Counted from the first letter of the stretch, positions 24,746 through 39,280 are shown. The stretch is 64,000 bases of DNA from Eledone cirrhosa (GCA_964016885.1 OZ024740.1:170190001-170254000), one strand, 5' to 3'. The notes: a model not told the origin generated them from the sequence alone. Program-made: numbers and translations.

Positions 24746-26525
24746 TTAGCTAATTGGTCTAAAGTAATAGAAGGAGCTAAGATTTATGTGCAGGCAAGAA
24801 GAGAATATTTCCAATTTCCTATTTAACAGGTTCAGTTTGGAGTATATTATGCCGTGCGATTCAGGGAAACAAATGTCACAAGTCTTGCTAGGGGGTCTGT
24901 ACTGCGATGATTTAGCGATAATTCTCCAATCAAGCGTGTATTGAGTATTGGTGTTCTTCAGGAGGGATATGTAACTAACTAGGGATGTGATGATCTTAAG
25001 TCTATCATGTCTGAACGTATAGCGATGGGAGTTGTATCTAATCTCAAAGGAGGTCGATGTAGATCCTATATATGTATTGGAAGAGGTCCGAGTTGTAACT
25101 TCACAAGCGTAGACAATATTGTTTATAAGGCATAGCCCCTTCAGTGGGCACTCCGCCTTTCTTCTGCGGTTACATTTGCGGTGTATGTCACTCTGCGGTA
25201 CAGGAGATGGTTGGTCTTCCATATGTCCCTGATTTGGCAACCGTACATCAGATGTGTGGATAGTATTTCAGGGTAACCCTGCATCTTGTCCATCTAGTGG
25301 CTGCGGGTGTCCCGAAGATGCAAAAGTATCGAAACCCTTTCTAATTTTTCTGTTGTTCGTTAGGGCTAGATGACGAGCTAAGTTTGGAGTGGTGGAGAAA
25401 GATAGCTTAACTGTGTTTTTATTAATGATGCTATGGTATTTACTACGGGGGGGGGGGGGTTCTTCCAAGATCGAAAAGAATGCCTTTAGTATATTGGTGG
25501 ATACCTCCGAGTTGTAAGGTTGATTAAAGTAGGAATTAGATCTTCGTCTATTTTTTCTATTTTTCGTACTGGGATAAGAGTTAGCACCGCGCGTAGACAT
25601 CCCACATTCTGTAGTAGAGAGAACCTGGGGTGGTAACCTTACCCGGAGAAGTTCGCTGGTTTCCCTGTCTTTCCTATTGTTTCTCGAGTTTCTAGCTTTT
25701 ATCCTACTGTTAGTATTATTGCTACACCGAGGAGGCGTGTTAGATGAAGTCGCTTGGGGTTGGTCAGAGCTGCTTACTGCACCCATGTTGTTCCTATTTA
25801 TGAGTCTGCTTGTATTAGGCAAAGCCATATTTTGCGTGATTACATTATACGGTTCGGCCCTGGTGGTTTGGGAGTTGTTAGGTATATAGTATATTTTCTC
25901 TAAAACCGGACTTTGCTAGTGCCTTATTATAGTACCTTGCATTAGACCTAAATACATCCTCATTATGTGATAGTCTGCTAATCCTATTGGATACCCCTTT
26001 AATTATGGCATTTAGGACGGGTCTAGGCTGGTTGGAATTGGCATCTACGTATGTTAGTGTTTCATCTGGCTTGTGATAAGGTGAGAAGTATTTATTTTCC
26101 AGGTCCAGGGTTACGTCTAGAAAGTTAACCGTTTTATTATTTACGTCTATCGTTATACTAAGGTTAAAGCTTTTGAAGAATTTATGTAGGTCTTTTCTCG
26201 TCCTTTCTATATTATGTTTTTTATATTCAATAGGTAATAGGGCGTCATACGGTACAGCCCGCCTCTTAAATACGGGAATGTCTTATGTACTTCATGGAGG
26301 AGGTATAGTCCAACCAAATCAGTGACCTGTGCCGAATCGCTGGACCCCATTGTGACATCGAAGTTATTCGGCGTGTTCTTCCGGGTCCAAAGTTGTTCCT
26401 CGAAGAAGATGATAGTTCTCCGGGCAGCAAGGATAATATCGATTTGGGATCGAATCAGGTCACTATTTTGCATAGCTAATATAAGGGCCTTATTTAGAAG
26501 GATGGGAGAGATGGTATTATAGTTT
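24746..26525 (-). pseudogene. 5'-truncated Penelope-like element, RT C-half + GIY-YIG
   Basis: [54 protein letters not shown]. Same subtype as the element at 16942. Confidence 0.9.
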
Positions 26526-26781
26526 GACGCATATATAGGTGTATACGTGTACATATGTGTGTGCATGTGTGGTTGCATGTATAGTCTATAGGTGTATGCG
26601 AGTATGCATGTCCGTATGGTCCGAGTTGGGTATAATCCAGTAGAGTTCAGGCGGGAAAGAAAGTCGAATGTCAGGAAGACCGAGCTAACTGGAATAGATG
26701 GATGTATCCGGGTATATATACATATATACGTATATATACATATATGTATACATATATACACGTACATATATATATATACAA

Positions 26782-26931
<150 letters not shown>

Positions 26932-26937
26932 CTCCAC

Positions 26938-28220
26938 TGTTAATTTATTTGACAATCAATTTTTATCATTGATTGAACAACAGTTAAAAATACAGATATA
27001 AATATATATATACACAATCTATCAAAGTTCTTTCATCACACATCTGCGACATCATCAGTGGTACTATTATGTTTCCTCCCGTTCTGTTGTAAAGACTACG
27101 CCATTTTTATTTTATTTATTTATTTCTTCTTGTCCCTGTCTTTGCGCATGCGTTTGCGTGTGTGTTTAATGTTTGATGTTTGGTGTGTGTGTGTGTGTGT
27201 GTAGGCAAATCGGAGAAGCAACTGAGATAGAACTAACAAGACCGAAGTTGAAAAGAAAGAACGAACGAAATAACAACAACAACCATACCCAAACGAACAA
27301 TACTGACCTAAGGGAAATATAAATGTATATATATACACAGACACACAAGTACAATAACAACAAAAACATATAAACACACACCAGTGAACAAAGATAGAAT
27401 ACGGAAACAGAAACACATACACTCAAAAGCGAACACACACACCAAACATTAAATACACACACAAACGCATGCGCAGAGATAGAGACAAGAAGAAATAAAT
27501 AAATAAATAAAATTAAAATGGCGTAGACTTTACAACTCAACGGGAGAAAACATAATAGTACCACTGATGATGTCGCAGATGTTTGACAAAAGAACTTTGA
27601 TAGACTATATATATATATATAATTATATCCAATATATAGAGGGGAAAGACACAGAAGAGTGTGTTTTTCTCTGCTGTTGAGCACCATAAATTGAATAGTA
27701 TAGGCTGCCATTTCTAGTAGCTTGTTCTGTTCATGCTACCGGTTATTGCCCCGCTCACGCATTTCTTTTATATCTACACGTGCGAAAGGTAGTTTACTTT
27801 AGTTCACTCTAGTAGTGCGGAGAATATCGCCCTTCCACATGCTGATGACCCACCGGGTCGTATTGGAACCCACTAAAATTGCGAAACATTCTCCTGGTGA
27901 GTGTGTACATGTCATTTCAATATATGTTTTCATTTCAATTTATACTTTTAGTTTTAATGTTTTTCCTATGTCTCTAGAAGCTTATATTCCCTTCGCGCTG
28001 GTGGTTTGAAATTCCTGTAAAGAAAAACACACTCTTCTGTGTCTTTCCCCTCTATATATTGTATTTTAAAGTTGCCAGGAAAGCTCTTTCCTTTGAGCTC
28101 ATTTAATTCCAGGATTATACGCGAGTCCTTTGCTCCGTTATTTTTACTATATAATTATATCTGTATTTTTAACCGTTGGTCAATCAATGATAAACATTAA
28201 TTGCCAAATAAATTAACTAT
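26938..28220. repeat. Nested inverted repeats containing degenerate HHR/pLTR-like pieces
   Basis: Arm pairs 26938-27003/28151-28218, 27017-27195/27435-27605 and 27630-27670/28021-28061. Confidence 0.8.
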
Positions 28221-28606
28221 TGAGATATAAAAGATACAGAAGCGAAAATTAACCCAAGCCAAACAGTGAGTGTGTTCTGTTATTATTTCTGGCAATATTA
28301 TAACAATATGACTCTCCCCAATATAACAATATTTATTGCGACACACGATATATATGCACATACAGGTAGACAAAGAGAGAGAAACAGAAAAAAAGAGAGA
28401 TGTATACACTCACACATACGCATACGCACACATACACATACATATATATTTTTGTGTATGTGTGTATGCGTGTGTGTGCATGAATGTGTGTAATTCACTA
28501 AGATAATAGAGTCAAGCTACCTCATTAATATGCTGTGTCCTTCCTGTCCTTTTTCTTTTACGGTTACTATTAAAAAATCCTGTTATCATTATCTGTATCA
28601 ACCAAA

Positions 28607-28820
28607 GGGCGTGGATTGGCAGTATCGGTAGACGGTCAGACGCCATGCTTTGCCACATAGAGTTACGGCCCTTTATGATCTGAGTTCAAATCCTGCTGTG
28701 GTTAACTTTGCCTTTCATCCTTACGGGGTCGCTAAATTAAAGTACCAGTCACGCACTGGGTTCGAATTAATCGACTTTCCCCTCCTCCAAAATTGTTGGC
28801 CTTGTACCTATATAATAAAC
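28607..28820 (+). mobile_element. OK-like CORE SINE
   Basis: A box TGGCAGTATCGG, B box GAGTTCAAATCC, and CTTTGCCTTTCATCC. Confidence 0.8.
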
Positions 28821-29237
28821 CATTACCTGTATCAACCCAACACTAAAAGGAAGAGAGCACTAAACATAGACGTATCTAGTCTTCCCAGTTCATAAGGTCA
28901 ATATGATTCTTGTTTATCTTGAACATTGTCAAGATGATACTTGCTCTGAATATGTTTGACAAATGTAGGGTCATTTACAGAGGACTGGAGTGCTGGGGAT
29001 AACGGATAACTGTTAGTAAACGCGTTCTAACATATACACAGTTTTATGGGTAGATGTCACTGCATTCTGTCGTATTTGTGGGGTTGGTTCAAAGGTGGCT
29101 ATTTCAAAGCAGCTGTAAATTCAAAGTAGCAATAACGGTAAGGCAACGTACGAATATAGTACGATAATGGCTAGAGCTGTTCCTAGGCTATTGTTTAATA
29201 AATTAATGCCTAATGAATACACAGACACACAGATAAT

Positions 29238-29276
<39 letters not shown>

Positions 29277-30029
29277 GAAACAGGGGCTGTGTAGTTGCTG
29301 GATAAGGTGTACTTATAAATAAGAGGAAAGCACATAATGTGCATATGCATGCGTTTTCATGTGTGTGTTTATATAACAGCGCCTGCGTTCCAAATGTTTA
29401 GGCAATGCTTTGAAATAAATTGAAGTTTTGCATCAAAGAAAATTAGCAATATACAACATTCATGCACCCACCCCAATACATATATATATGTGTGTTGGGA
29501 TGGGTGTTTGTGTGTCTGTGTGTTGTGCGTGTGTGTTGTGCGTGTGTGTGCACGTTTGGAGTTGTTAAAATATTGAATTACAAATAACAAAAGAATATTT
29601 AATGGAAACATTACTCTATACTAGTACCAGTGTAACTAAAATTTCGTATTACGCTATTACTAATTTATTCAAAAAGTTACCGAAATAGACATGGAAAATA
29701 GGTTATAACTGATTTTTGGAAAGCCAGAAGAATAGTAAAGATAGTAGACAAAGAATGTGATAGAATAGAAAAAGGAGAAAGATGACGATAGGAAAAATAT
29801 AAAAGAGTGGAGCAATTGCTGTTCAATGTATGTTAGAAATAAAACAGAAGTGATGTAATACAATACAATAGTTCTTCTATTGTATATTTCAGGATATTTC
29901 GGGGTTAAGTCACCTTTTTTAAAGATAAATAAATGTTGCGTGATGGCGGTGGTGAGTTGAACTTTTCAACGGCCTTTGAGTGGTCGTGATATGTGCAGGC
30001 TGGTATATGTGCTATAGACAAACAGTTTC

Positions 30030-30480
30030 ATTAAATTTGCATTTGTAATTAATAGAAAGCCTTAATCTAATGATAAAACTTGCGTCTTTGGTTCTCAAAT
30101 TTCTGATGTTTTATTCGGTGTCTTCATTACATTTCTGTAGATGTTTCATAACAAAAGATTCTTTTTAATGGCATGTTCTTTAATCCGGGTATATAATCTG
30201 CAGACAGTGCTCTCAGTGTATAATCCGTCACATTTGTTGCATGTTACTTTGTACAAGTAAAACTCGAGACATATCCACATGTGGGATGATGCAGTTAGTT
30301 AACGTGGATATATTGTAATTGCATGTGAGTCGATATTTAGAGTGTAATTTCTTTAGTGCACAAGTTATACTTTCAGCTCTTCCCGACAAATTGTTAGGTA
30401 GAGTATAGCGGTAGACCTCTGTTTAAATTGTAGTAATTTTAGATAGCACTTGCTAACACTGTGGGTGCGATCCCTCCTTG
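30030..30480 (-). pseudogene. Decayed Penelope/Poseidon-type GIY-YIG remnant
   Basis: 30170-30260 on the reverse strand translates as YLYKVTCNKCDGLYTESTVCRLYTRIKEH. Confidence 0.6.
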
Positions 30481-31489
30481 GTGGTGTATAAGCATTCTAG
30501 CATTCAGTGACAGATAAACGGAGGAAAACAGCGTGTCAGGGACTATTTCTGCACTATAATTCAGATCGAACACTCACACCAAGTATGGCCTACGTTGAGA
30601 GTGAGCAAATATAGTGAGGCAAGAGACAGAACCAGGAGCACCAAACAATTCTAAAGGATGATGGTAGTTCTACAGCATCAAATACGGTTTTATAATATTT
30701 AGTTCCAATTATAAATATTCACTTTATTCCGATGATCAATTATTATTTTTTTTTTTTTTTTTCCTAAAATAATTTTTTTTAATTTCTGTATTTATTGAAA
30801 ATCTTGTATCAGACGACTGTATAGTCCATTGTGTTGTGAAATTTCTTGGGGTGCAAGAAATATTCCGAATTACAAAAGTTGAAAGTGCTTGTCTTGCTTA
30901 TGCAAAATTGCAGCATTCCAGTCTTCCTTTAATTGTTGAAGTGCGTATACATTCTTTGGGACACCTATATGTATGTGGGTGTGTGGGTGTGTGTGTATGT
31001 AGTGGATTGTGTATTTTTGTTTTTATTTGTAGGGTGTGCGGTTCAGAGCAAGGTTAGAAGAGTGAGCTATTCAGAGCTGAAAGGAAGAAGCTAAAATAAA
31101 ATAAAATACGATAAACTAGATAAAACTAGTTTAAAAAAGGTATACATTTTGTGTTTTACTGTTCAATTAGATGAGGGTGTAGAAAGATGAGCTTGTGAGA
31201 TTTTATGTTAGAATTAATATTAGGGTTAGAGGTAAAGTTAAAATTAGAATTAGGATTAGTGTTAGTATAGTTACCGTAAACGGTCACGGGGTTACAATCT
31301 ACGAATATTGTTGCTGAGTTAGTATAGATCACTTGATAGTGACAGCTTTCGGATAAATAATCCGTCAAGATTGTTTTTAGCTTGGCAAATAAGAGCACTC
31401 AATAAAAAGTAACGATCGACTTTCGTCAAATCGGACCGAGGGAACGATGTTTCCGTTGATCTTTTCAATTGCTAATACTATCTATCGGT

Positions 31490-31627
31490 CGCAACTCCAG
31501 GTAGAAGGAGCAACGTGAAATAAAGTGTCTTGCTCAAGGACATAACGCATCGCCTGGTCCAGGAATCGAACTCACAACCTTACGATTGCGAATCCAATTC
31601 TCTAACCACTCAGCCACACGCCTTCAC
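31490..31627 (-). mobile_element. tRNA-derived SINE head (OR/CORE-like)
   Basis: Reverse strand reads GTGGCTGAGTGGTTAG..GAGTTCGATTCC..TGTCCTTGAGCAAGACACTTTATTTCACGTTGCTCC. Confidence 0.75.
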
Positions 31628-31897
31628 TAATGGTAATATATAAAGGGAGTGATTTCAATACAAAATATGTTCTTCGCACTATATCACGAGTGTCTGTTGT
31701 CCGAAGAATGTTTATATTATGCATGGGAGAACGAATCTTGTCTTTAAAATATATTTATTCATTATAGAACTTAACGCATGGTTCGCAAAAGATCGACTCT
31801 AGGTCTTAATCGATATGATGGATATGATTCCAGTATCGATCTTCTCATCAGAAGAGTAGAATTCAATCGAAATAGTTCCGTCGGTGTGTGTACGTGA

Positions 31898-31930
<33 letters not shown>

Positions 31931-32039
31931 CATACATACATACATACATACATACATACATACATACGCACATACATACATACATGCATACATACATACA
32001 TACATGCATACATACATACATACATACATACATACATTT

Positions 32040-32687
32040 TCGGATGGCCTTTGACTCTTATAAGTTCTTCCGCCTTTTGTCAGGTTTTGTTTTCTGTCCT
32101 GCAGAGTGCCCAAATCCACCCTCCTCATATACATTCATACATACATACAAGATGATTGCTGCCCCCTCGTTATCGAGTATGGCCATTGCACGATATAACG
32201 TGCTATGCCTTTGCGTGAAGATTTTTTTTAAAGTGAGGAAAGACTGTGCACTGAGCCAATCCCACTCTCTGAGCGACATTAGCTATAACCCGAAAAGAAG
32301 AAAAGCTCTTATGTCGGAGTTATCCCAGTTTCCTGAGTTGCCTTCTCATAGAAGAATGCCCTGACAAAGGCTAGGGGTCCTTCACTCCCAGTGGTTTAAC
32401 TGCGCGATCGGGTATCTAGCACGATTATTTCTATGTCCCAGCGTATATCCATACACATGCATACATATATATACATACATATGCATACATGTATATAAAT
32501 ATTTACACATTTTGGGATGGCCGTTGACTCTTATGAGTTCTTCTGCCCATTGTCAGGTTTTGTTTTTTGTCCTGCAGGGTGTTCAAAATCACCCTCCTCA
32601 CCAAGTAAAGTTGGTGGGGTTACCGGTTCAGTCACCGACGACCCGACCGTGTGACAGGTCGTAATCGGTTACATGTTACATGCATTC

Positions 32688-32718
<31 letters not shown>

Positions 32719-33205
32719 CATACATACATACATACATACATACATACATACACACGTACATACGTGAAGGCTGAAAACTCTGCTAACAGCATTGCAATCA
32801 CTTGTCAGATTATAGAGTTTGGTGCACTTTTAGGCTACCGCCAGCCACACAAACCTGTAACATATCCTGAACAAGCAATGCCTGTGCTTTTAAGTTTTTT
32901 TTTAAGTGGGAAAAGGCCTTGCACTCGACCAATCACACTCTCTGAGCATCGAAAACACTACCAGAAAAGGAGAACTTGTCAACATTAACGGATGCTTCCG
33001 AAGCCGCAGGTTTTTTCTCAGAGTTTCCCTCTCCTAGAGAGGTGTTCTGACAACCACTGGGGGCCCTTTCACTCCCATGAGAAAAAAAAACTATTATTTG
33101 GATGGCCGTTGACTCTGCCGAGTTCCTCCGTCCGTTGCCTTGTATTTCTCCCTCCTCACCAAGCAAGCTTGGTGGAGTTGCCAGTTTTGTCACAGACACC
33201 CTTAC
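32040..33205 (-). mobile_element. Cluster of non-coding LINE-derived elements embedded in (CATA)n (copies ~32040-32128, 32148-32680, 32762-33205)
   Basis: Blocks GATGGCCGTTGACTC, CCTCCTCACCAAG..CTTGGTGG and CCACTCTCT are shared with copies at 33941-37265. Confidence 0.7.
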
Positions 33206-33343
33206 CATACATACATACACACACACATACATACATACATACATACATACATACATACACACATACATACATACATACATACATACATACATACATACAT
33301 ACATACATACATACATACATACATACATACATACATACATACA

Positions 33344-33921
33344 TACCTCCCCATGAGACACGATGGGATAGCTAGAACTATCTGGAACGCACTTCGGAAA
33401 ACAAAATTAACAACAAACGAGGAAGAATATATTGAGACAGATGGCACTAAGGAATACTGGTGGAACCTGAAAATAAAAACTGCCACCAAATTAAAGCACA
33501 ACCGGCCTGATATTGTAGTTTGGGACCACACATTGAAAACGTGTTCTGTTGTGGAGATCAGCTGCCCACTTGATGTAAACGTTGTCAGAAAAATACAGTA
33601 GAAGGAGGACATCTACGGACCATTGATGAGGAGCTTACAAATCCAGTATCCAAGATACACCTTTAGCTTCATACCCATCATTATTGGTGCTACGGGTTAT
33701 ATACCAACCCGCTTGGACCAAAGTATGACCGAACTTGGATTTGCGGACAAAAAGCGCAGCTCCCTAATTCATAGTCTACAAATGGCTGCGATAGCTGGCA
33801 CCTTCAAAATATGCAAAACATTCTTGCGATTCAAGGGATGACAATTTCTTTTCTTTTACAACCTTGCCACCAGGAAGGTGGCCGGTCAAAAAAATATACT
33901 CGAAATTAAGAGAAAGAGAAA
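33344..33921 (+). mobile_element. 5'-truncated R4/Dong-like LINE (restriction-like endonuclease domain + 3' UTR)
   Basis: YLPMRHD..KHNRPDIVVWD..VVEISCP..*KEDIY..PIIIGATG. (CATA)n on both sides. Confidence 0.85.
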
Positions 33922-33940
33922 ACATACATACATACATACA

Positions 33941-36453
33941 TGGTGGCTGCCAACTCGTTTTCGAGTACGGCCACTACTTTATATTCATGTAGGAGAACCC
34001 CTACCGATGCGCTGAACGAGTGTGACTTTTTAGTCCAGCCAGCGACTTGAAATCTCTGGTACAAACACTACACTTGTGACAATTATTGACACATAGTGCT
34101 GGGCCCATGGTACAATGTGACGACAAGTGCAGAGAGATCTCCAGATATAAAGCAATGCCTGTGCTGTGAAGCTTTTATAGCGAGCAAAGGCACTGCACAA
34201 AGCCAGTCCCACTCTCTTAACCAAGATGATATTTACCAAAAAGAAGAACAATTCAACATCATTGGATACCATCAAGGTTGCAGGTGTTATATCAGAGTTT
34301 TCCTTCTCCTAGAATTCTGCCTTGACAAAGGCTAAGGGGTCATCTATATATATACATATATATATACATACATGTATATATACATACATACATGTATATA
34401 TGGTGACTGCCAACTCGTTTTAGAGTACGGCCACTACTTTATATCCATGTAGGAGAACTCCTACCAATGCGCTGAACGAGTGTGACTTTTTAGTCCAGCC
34501 AGCGACTTGAAAACTCTGGTACAAACACTATACTTGTGACAATTATTGACACATAGTGCTGGGCCCTTGGCACCATGTGACGACAAGTGCAGATAGATCT
34601 CCAGATATAAAGCAATGCCTGTGCCGTGAAGCTTTTATAGTGAGCAAAGGCACTGCACAAAGCCAGTCCCACTCTCTTAACGAAGATGATATTTACCAAA
34701 AAGAAGAACAAGTCAACATCATTGGATACCATCAAGGTTGCAGGTGTTATATCAGAGTTTTCCTTCTCCTAGAATTCTGCCTTGACAAAGGCTAAGGGGT
34801 CATCTATATATATACATATACATATACATACATGTATATATACATACATACATGTTTATATGGTGACTGCCAATTCGTTTTCGAGTACGGCCACTACTTT
34901 ATATCCATGTAGGAGAACTCCTACCAATGCGCTGAACGAGTGTGACTTTTTAGTCTAGCCAGCGACTTGAAAACTCTGGTACAAACACTACACTTGTGAC
35001 AATTATTGACACATAGTGCTGGGCCCTTGGCACCATGTGACGACAAGTGCAGAGAGATCTCCAGATATAAAGCAATGCCTGTGCCGTGAAGCTTTTATAG
35101 TGAGCAAAGGCACTGCACAAAGCCAGTCCCACTCTCTTAACGAAGATGATATTTACCAAAAAGAAGAACAAGTCAACATCATTAGATACCATCAGGGTTG
35201 CAGGTGTTATATCAGATTTTTCCTTCTCCTAGAATTCTGCCTTGACAAAGGCTAAGGGGTCATCTATATATATACATATATATATACATGGTGGCTGCCA
35301 ACTCGTTTTCGAGTACGGCCACTACTTTATATCCATGTAGGAGAACCCCTACGGATGCGCTGAACGAGTGTGACTTTTTAGTCTAGCCAGCGACTTGAAA
35401 ACTCTGGTACAAACACTACACCTGTGACAATTATTGACACACAGTGCTGGGCCCATGGTACCACGTGACAACAAGTGCAGAGAGATCTCCAGATATAAAG
35501 CAATGCCTGTGCCGTGAAGCTTTTATAGTGAGCAAAGGCACTGCACAAAGCCAGTCCCACTCTCTTAACCAAGATGATATTTACCAAAAAGAAGAACAAG
35601 TCAACATCATTGGATACCATCAGAGTTGCAGGTGTTATATCAGAGTTTTCCTTCTCCTAGAATTCTGCCTTGACAAAGGCTAAGGGGTCATCTCTCCCGG
35701 TGATTTTGGATGGCCATTGACCCTTAAGAGCTCCTTTGCCCTTTGACAGGTTTTGTTTTTAGTCCTGCAGGATGTCCAAAGTCACCCTCCTCACCAAGAA
35801 ACCTTGGTGGGGTTGCCAGTTTAGTCGCCAACGACCCGACCATGAGACAGGTTGTACTGGGATACATGTTACCAGTAGCACCAATTGGTGACCTGACATA
35901 TATATACATACATGACATATATATACATACATGACATATATATACATACATGTATATATACATACATACATGTATATATATATACATACATACATATATA
36001 CATACATATATATATACATACATATATATATACATATATATATACATATATATATATATATGGTGGCTGCCAACTCGTTTTCGAGTACGGCCACTACTTT
36101 ATATCCATGTAGGAGAACCCCTACCAATGCGCTGAACGAGTGTGACTTTTTAGTCCAGCCAGCGACCTGAAAACACTACACTTGTGACAACTATTGACAC
36201 AGTGCTGGGCCCATGGTACCATGTGATGACAAGTGCAGAGAGATCTCCAGATATAAAGCAATGCCTGTGCCGTGAAGCTTTTATAGTGAGCAAAGACACT
36301 GCACAGAGCCAGTCCCACTCTCTTAACCACGATGATATTTACCAAAAAGAAGAACAAGTCAACATCATTGGATACCATCAGAGTTGCAGGTGTTATATCA
36401 GAGTTTTCCTTCGCCTAGAATTCTGCCTTGACAAAGGCTAAGGGGTCATCTCT
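33941..36453 (-). repeat. Tandem array of five copies of a non-coding RTE-5'UTR-like element
   Basis: Units start at 33941, 34401, 34861, 35289 (longest, to 35896) and 36061. The reverse strand contains CTAGGAGAAGGAAAACTCTGA. Confidence 0.85.
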
Positions 36454-36516
36454 CATACATAATACATACATACATACATACATACATACATACATACATA
36501 CATACATACATGATGA

Positions 36517-37265
36517 TATGATGGCTAGCCCCTCGATATCGAGTATGGCCATTGCACGATATAACATTATTAACAATTAATTAATTGTTTCTACTTTTGG
36601 CACAAGGCCAGCAAATATTCAGTACATTACTGGTACTTTATTTTATCGACCCCGTAAGGATGAAAGGCAAAGTTAACCTCGACGGGATTTGAATTCAAAC
36701 CGTAAAGGGACGTAACTATGCTAGAAAGCATGGCGTCCAACTCTCTACCGATACTGCCGTGCAATGCGTGTGCATGAAGATTTTTTTAAAGTGAGGAAAG
36801 ACTGTGCACTGAGCCAATCCCACTCTCTGAGCGACAGTAGTTATAACCCGAAAACAAGAAAAGATCAACATCGCCGGTAACTACTGAGCCGCAGGTTTTA
36901 TGTCGGACTTATCCCAGTTTCCTGAGTTGCCTTCTCCTAGAAGAATACCCAGACAACGGCTAGGGGCCCTTCACTCCCAGTGGTTTAACCGCGCGATCGA
37001 GTATCCAGCCCGATTATTTCTATGTCCCCGCACATATTCATACACATGCATACATGTATACACACACATATATGTATATACATACATTATATACATATGC
37101 ATTCATGTATATACATATTTACACATGTTTGTATGGCCGTTGACTCTTATGAGTTCTTCCGCCCTTTGTCTGATTTTGTTTACTGTTCTGCAGGGTGTCC
37201 CAAATCATCCTCCTCACCAAGTAAACTTGGTGGGGTTCCCGGTTTAGTCGCCGACGACCCGACCA
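36517..37265 (-). mobile_element. Sister copy of the 32148-32680 element, interrupted by an OK-like SINE (36566-36758)
   Basis: Collinear with 32148-32680 on both sides of the SINE. Confidence 0.8.
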
Positions 37266-39280
37266 TACATACATACATACATACAAACTTACATACATCT
37301 ACAGCATCTGAAGTTTAGACGTGTTTGTTTACGCTACATAAAACCAATAGTAATACACGGACAAGTAAAATTATTAATACATATATTTGTATTGATCGTG
37401 TTGATTGCTCTTTTGATTCCCTTGCATCCACACTTATACTTATATACAAACATACATACATACAAGCATACATACAAACAAACATATATACATACATACA
37501 CACATGCATACAAACATACAAACATACATACATACTTACATACAAACATACATACATATTTACATACGCGCTCACACGCACCCACTCACGCACACATATA
37601 AATATGTATATATTTGTGCGTGAGTGTGTACATGTGCGTGTGGGGTAGACTGCATGTGTCTACGGGTGTGTGTATTGGTGTACGTGTGAATAGATTTATA
37701 GATACAAAGAAACAGAAAAGTATTAGATATCGAGTTGAAGGAGTAATCAATGTGAGAAACGGGCAGAATGAGATGTAGTACTGTGTTGAATTTAATGTGT
37801 TGAAGTACACTATTTGCTACCTTTCGGTTCAGAGTTCATATATCACTGCAATCGATCGTGACACAGAGGGTGGATAAATGCATAATTGATAAGTGCTTTA
37901 ATAACTCCTGCCGTTCTGTTTTATTGATTACGGATAGCAAAGAGTCAATACTGATAAATAACCATTACAGCGAACAAGACTAATTCTACTAAAATGTGTA
38001 CAAACTAAACACGAGCCCTCCAAGGAGAATACAAATGGTCACCAAACTGCTGAAAATAACAGCTATATCTCCATCAACGTTAACCGATCTTTCTTTTAAA
38101 AGGACGCAATGAATAAACATATGGATAGTCAACAAGTTTGCAAGTAATAACAGCTAAATCTTCAACATATTACACACAAACGTTTTACGTATACACAACT
38201 GGAATAGTGTAGGCCTGGATGGACAATACCTAAATAAAGTATACTGGAACACATTTGCTCATTAACCTGATACGTTGGGTCTTATCTAGGGTTATGGTAC
38301 AACAAGAACAACAACAATAAATACGTCTACTGTAAGCTCGCCATATATTGATCCCTGTTACCTTGGTCTCACACCTATATCAATGAAATTCAGATTGTGA
38401 GGCACCTTCAATCTAAATTCACCTGTGAAAAAACATTATTTCGTGTGGCTACGATGACAGTTCTTCCGAAGTTTCGCTCATAATAGGATTTTTTTATCAG
38501 TAATATAAGTTAGAAAATTATCTTCAGTTTAAGCAAATGGCGGAGCTTTACATGGTTAGCTTTTCCTGCTAAAATTAGCAACTAGATTTCCTCTAATCAC
38601 ACACTGAATTCTGAAAAACCGACGCATTGATCATTGTAGTCCAGAGTATTCAAAGATAGAGACGAAAAGTTCATGATTGGAATAAGTTTTATCATATTCA
38701 GATCGGATCTGAATAAAACCAAATACAATAGCCACTGTTTCTCTAGTTCTTTGTCTGTTACTTCCAAGACTTCTATTTTCCTATTTTACATATTTTATTT
38801 TTGTTGTTCTTTAAAATCGGTTGTGTCTTCATTAACCAATCCGAGAATCAAAGATATTCGAAAGGTGACTGTTGTATTTTTTTAAATATATATATATATT
38901 GAATCTAGGCCTATATTATCCAACGTTCCTCTCCTCCTTTTAAGTTTGCAGGATATGAGATGAAGGTGCTTTGGCTACTATTTCCAGCAGCTTGAACGAC
39001 CACATATGTATCATGTTATTAGTTCGTTTTGTTGTTGTATATAGTCTTATTTGAACATTAGATATATAGTTTAATCTGCAGAAGGATTTAAGTACAGCTG
39101 CAGTTCACCCCAAATATACAATGATTACCTCCCTTCCGAGACCTCCCTGACACGTAAGATACACCTTGCCAGCAAATCTCTAAAATGGCTGTCTGAATAC
39201 CAACGTGCGTTTTTCTCTCATTTTTGTTCCTTTCTCTTCTTACTCTTTATTTTTCTATTTTATCTTTTATTTTTAATTAT

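Noticed and set aside
28607-28700. tRNA genes at A/B-box motifs (also 8305, 10260, 31560)
   Set aside because: No cloverleaf; they continue into SINE bodies.
35810-35896. Canonical HDV-like ribozyme at the 5' end of the non-coding element
   Set aside because: P2-, P3- and P4-like hairpins are visible, but no P1 could be placed.
33941-36453. CRISPR-like or coding tandem array (repeated 79-85 aa ORFs)
   Set aside because: Units are ~400-bp near-identical repeats with microsatellite spacers in a eukaryotic context, with no cas genes and no recognisable domain.
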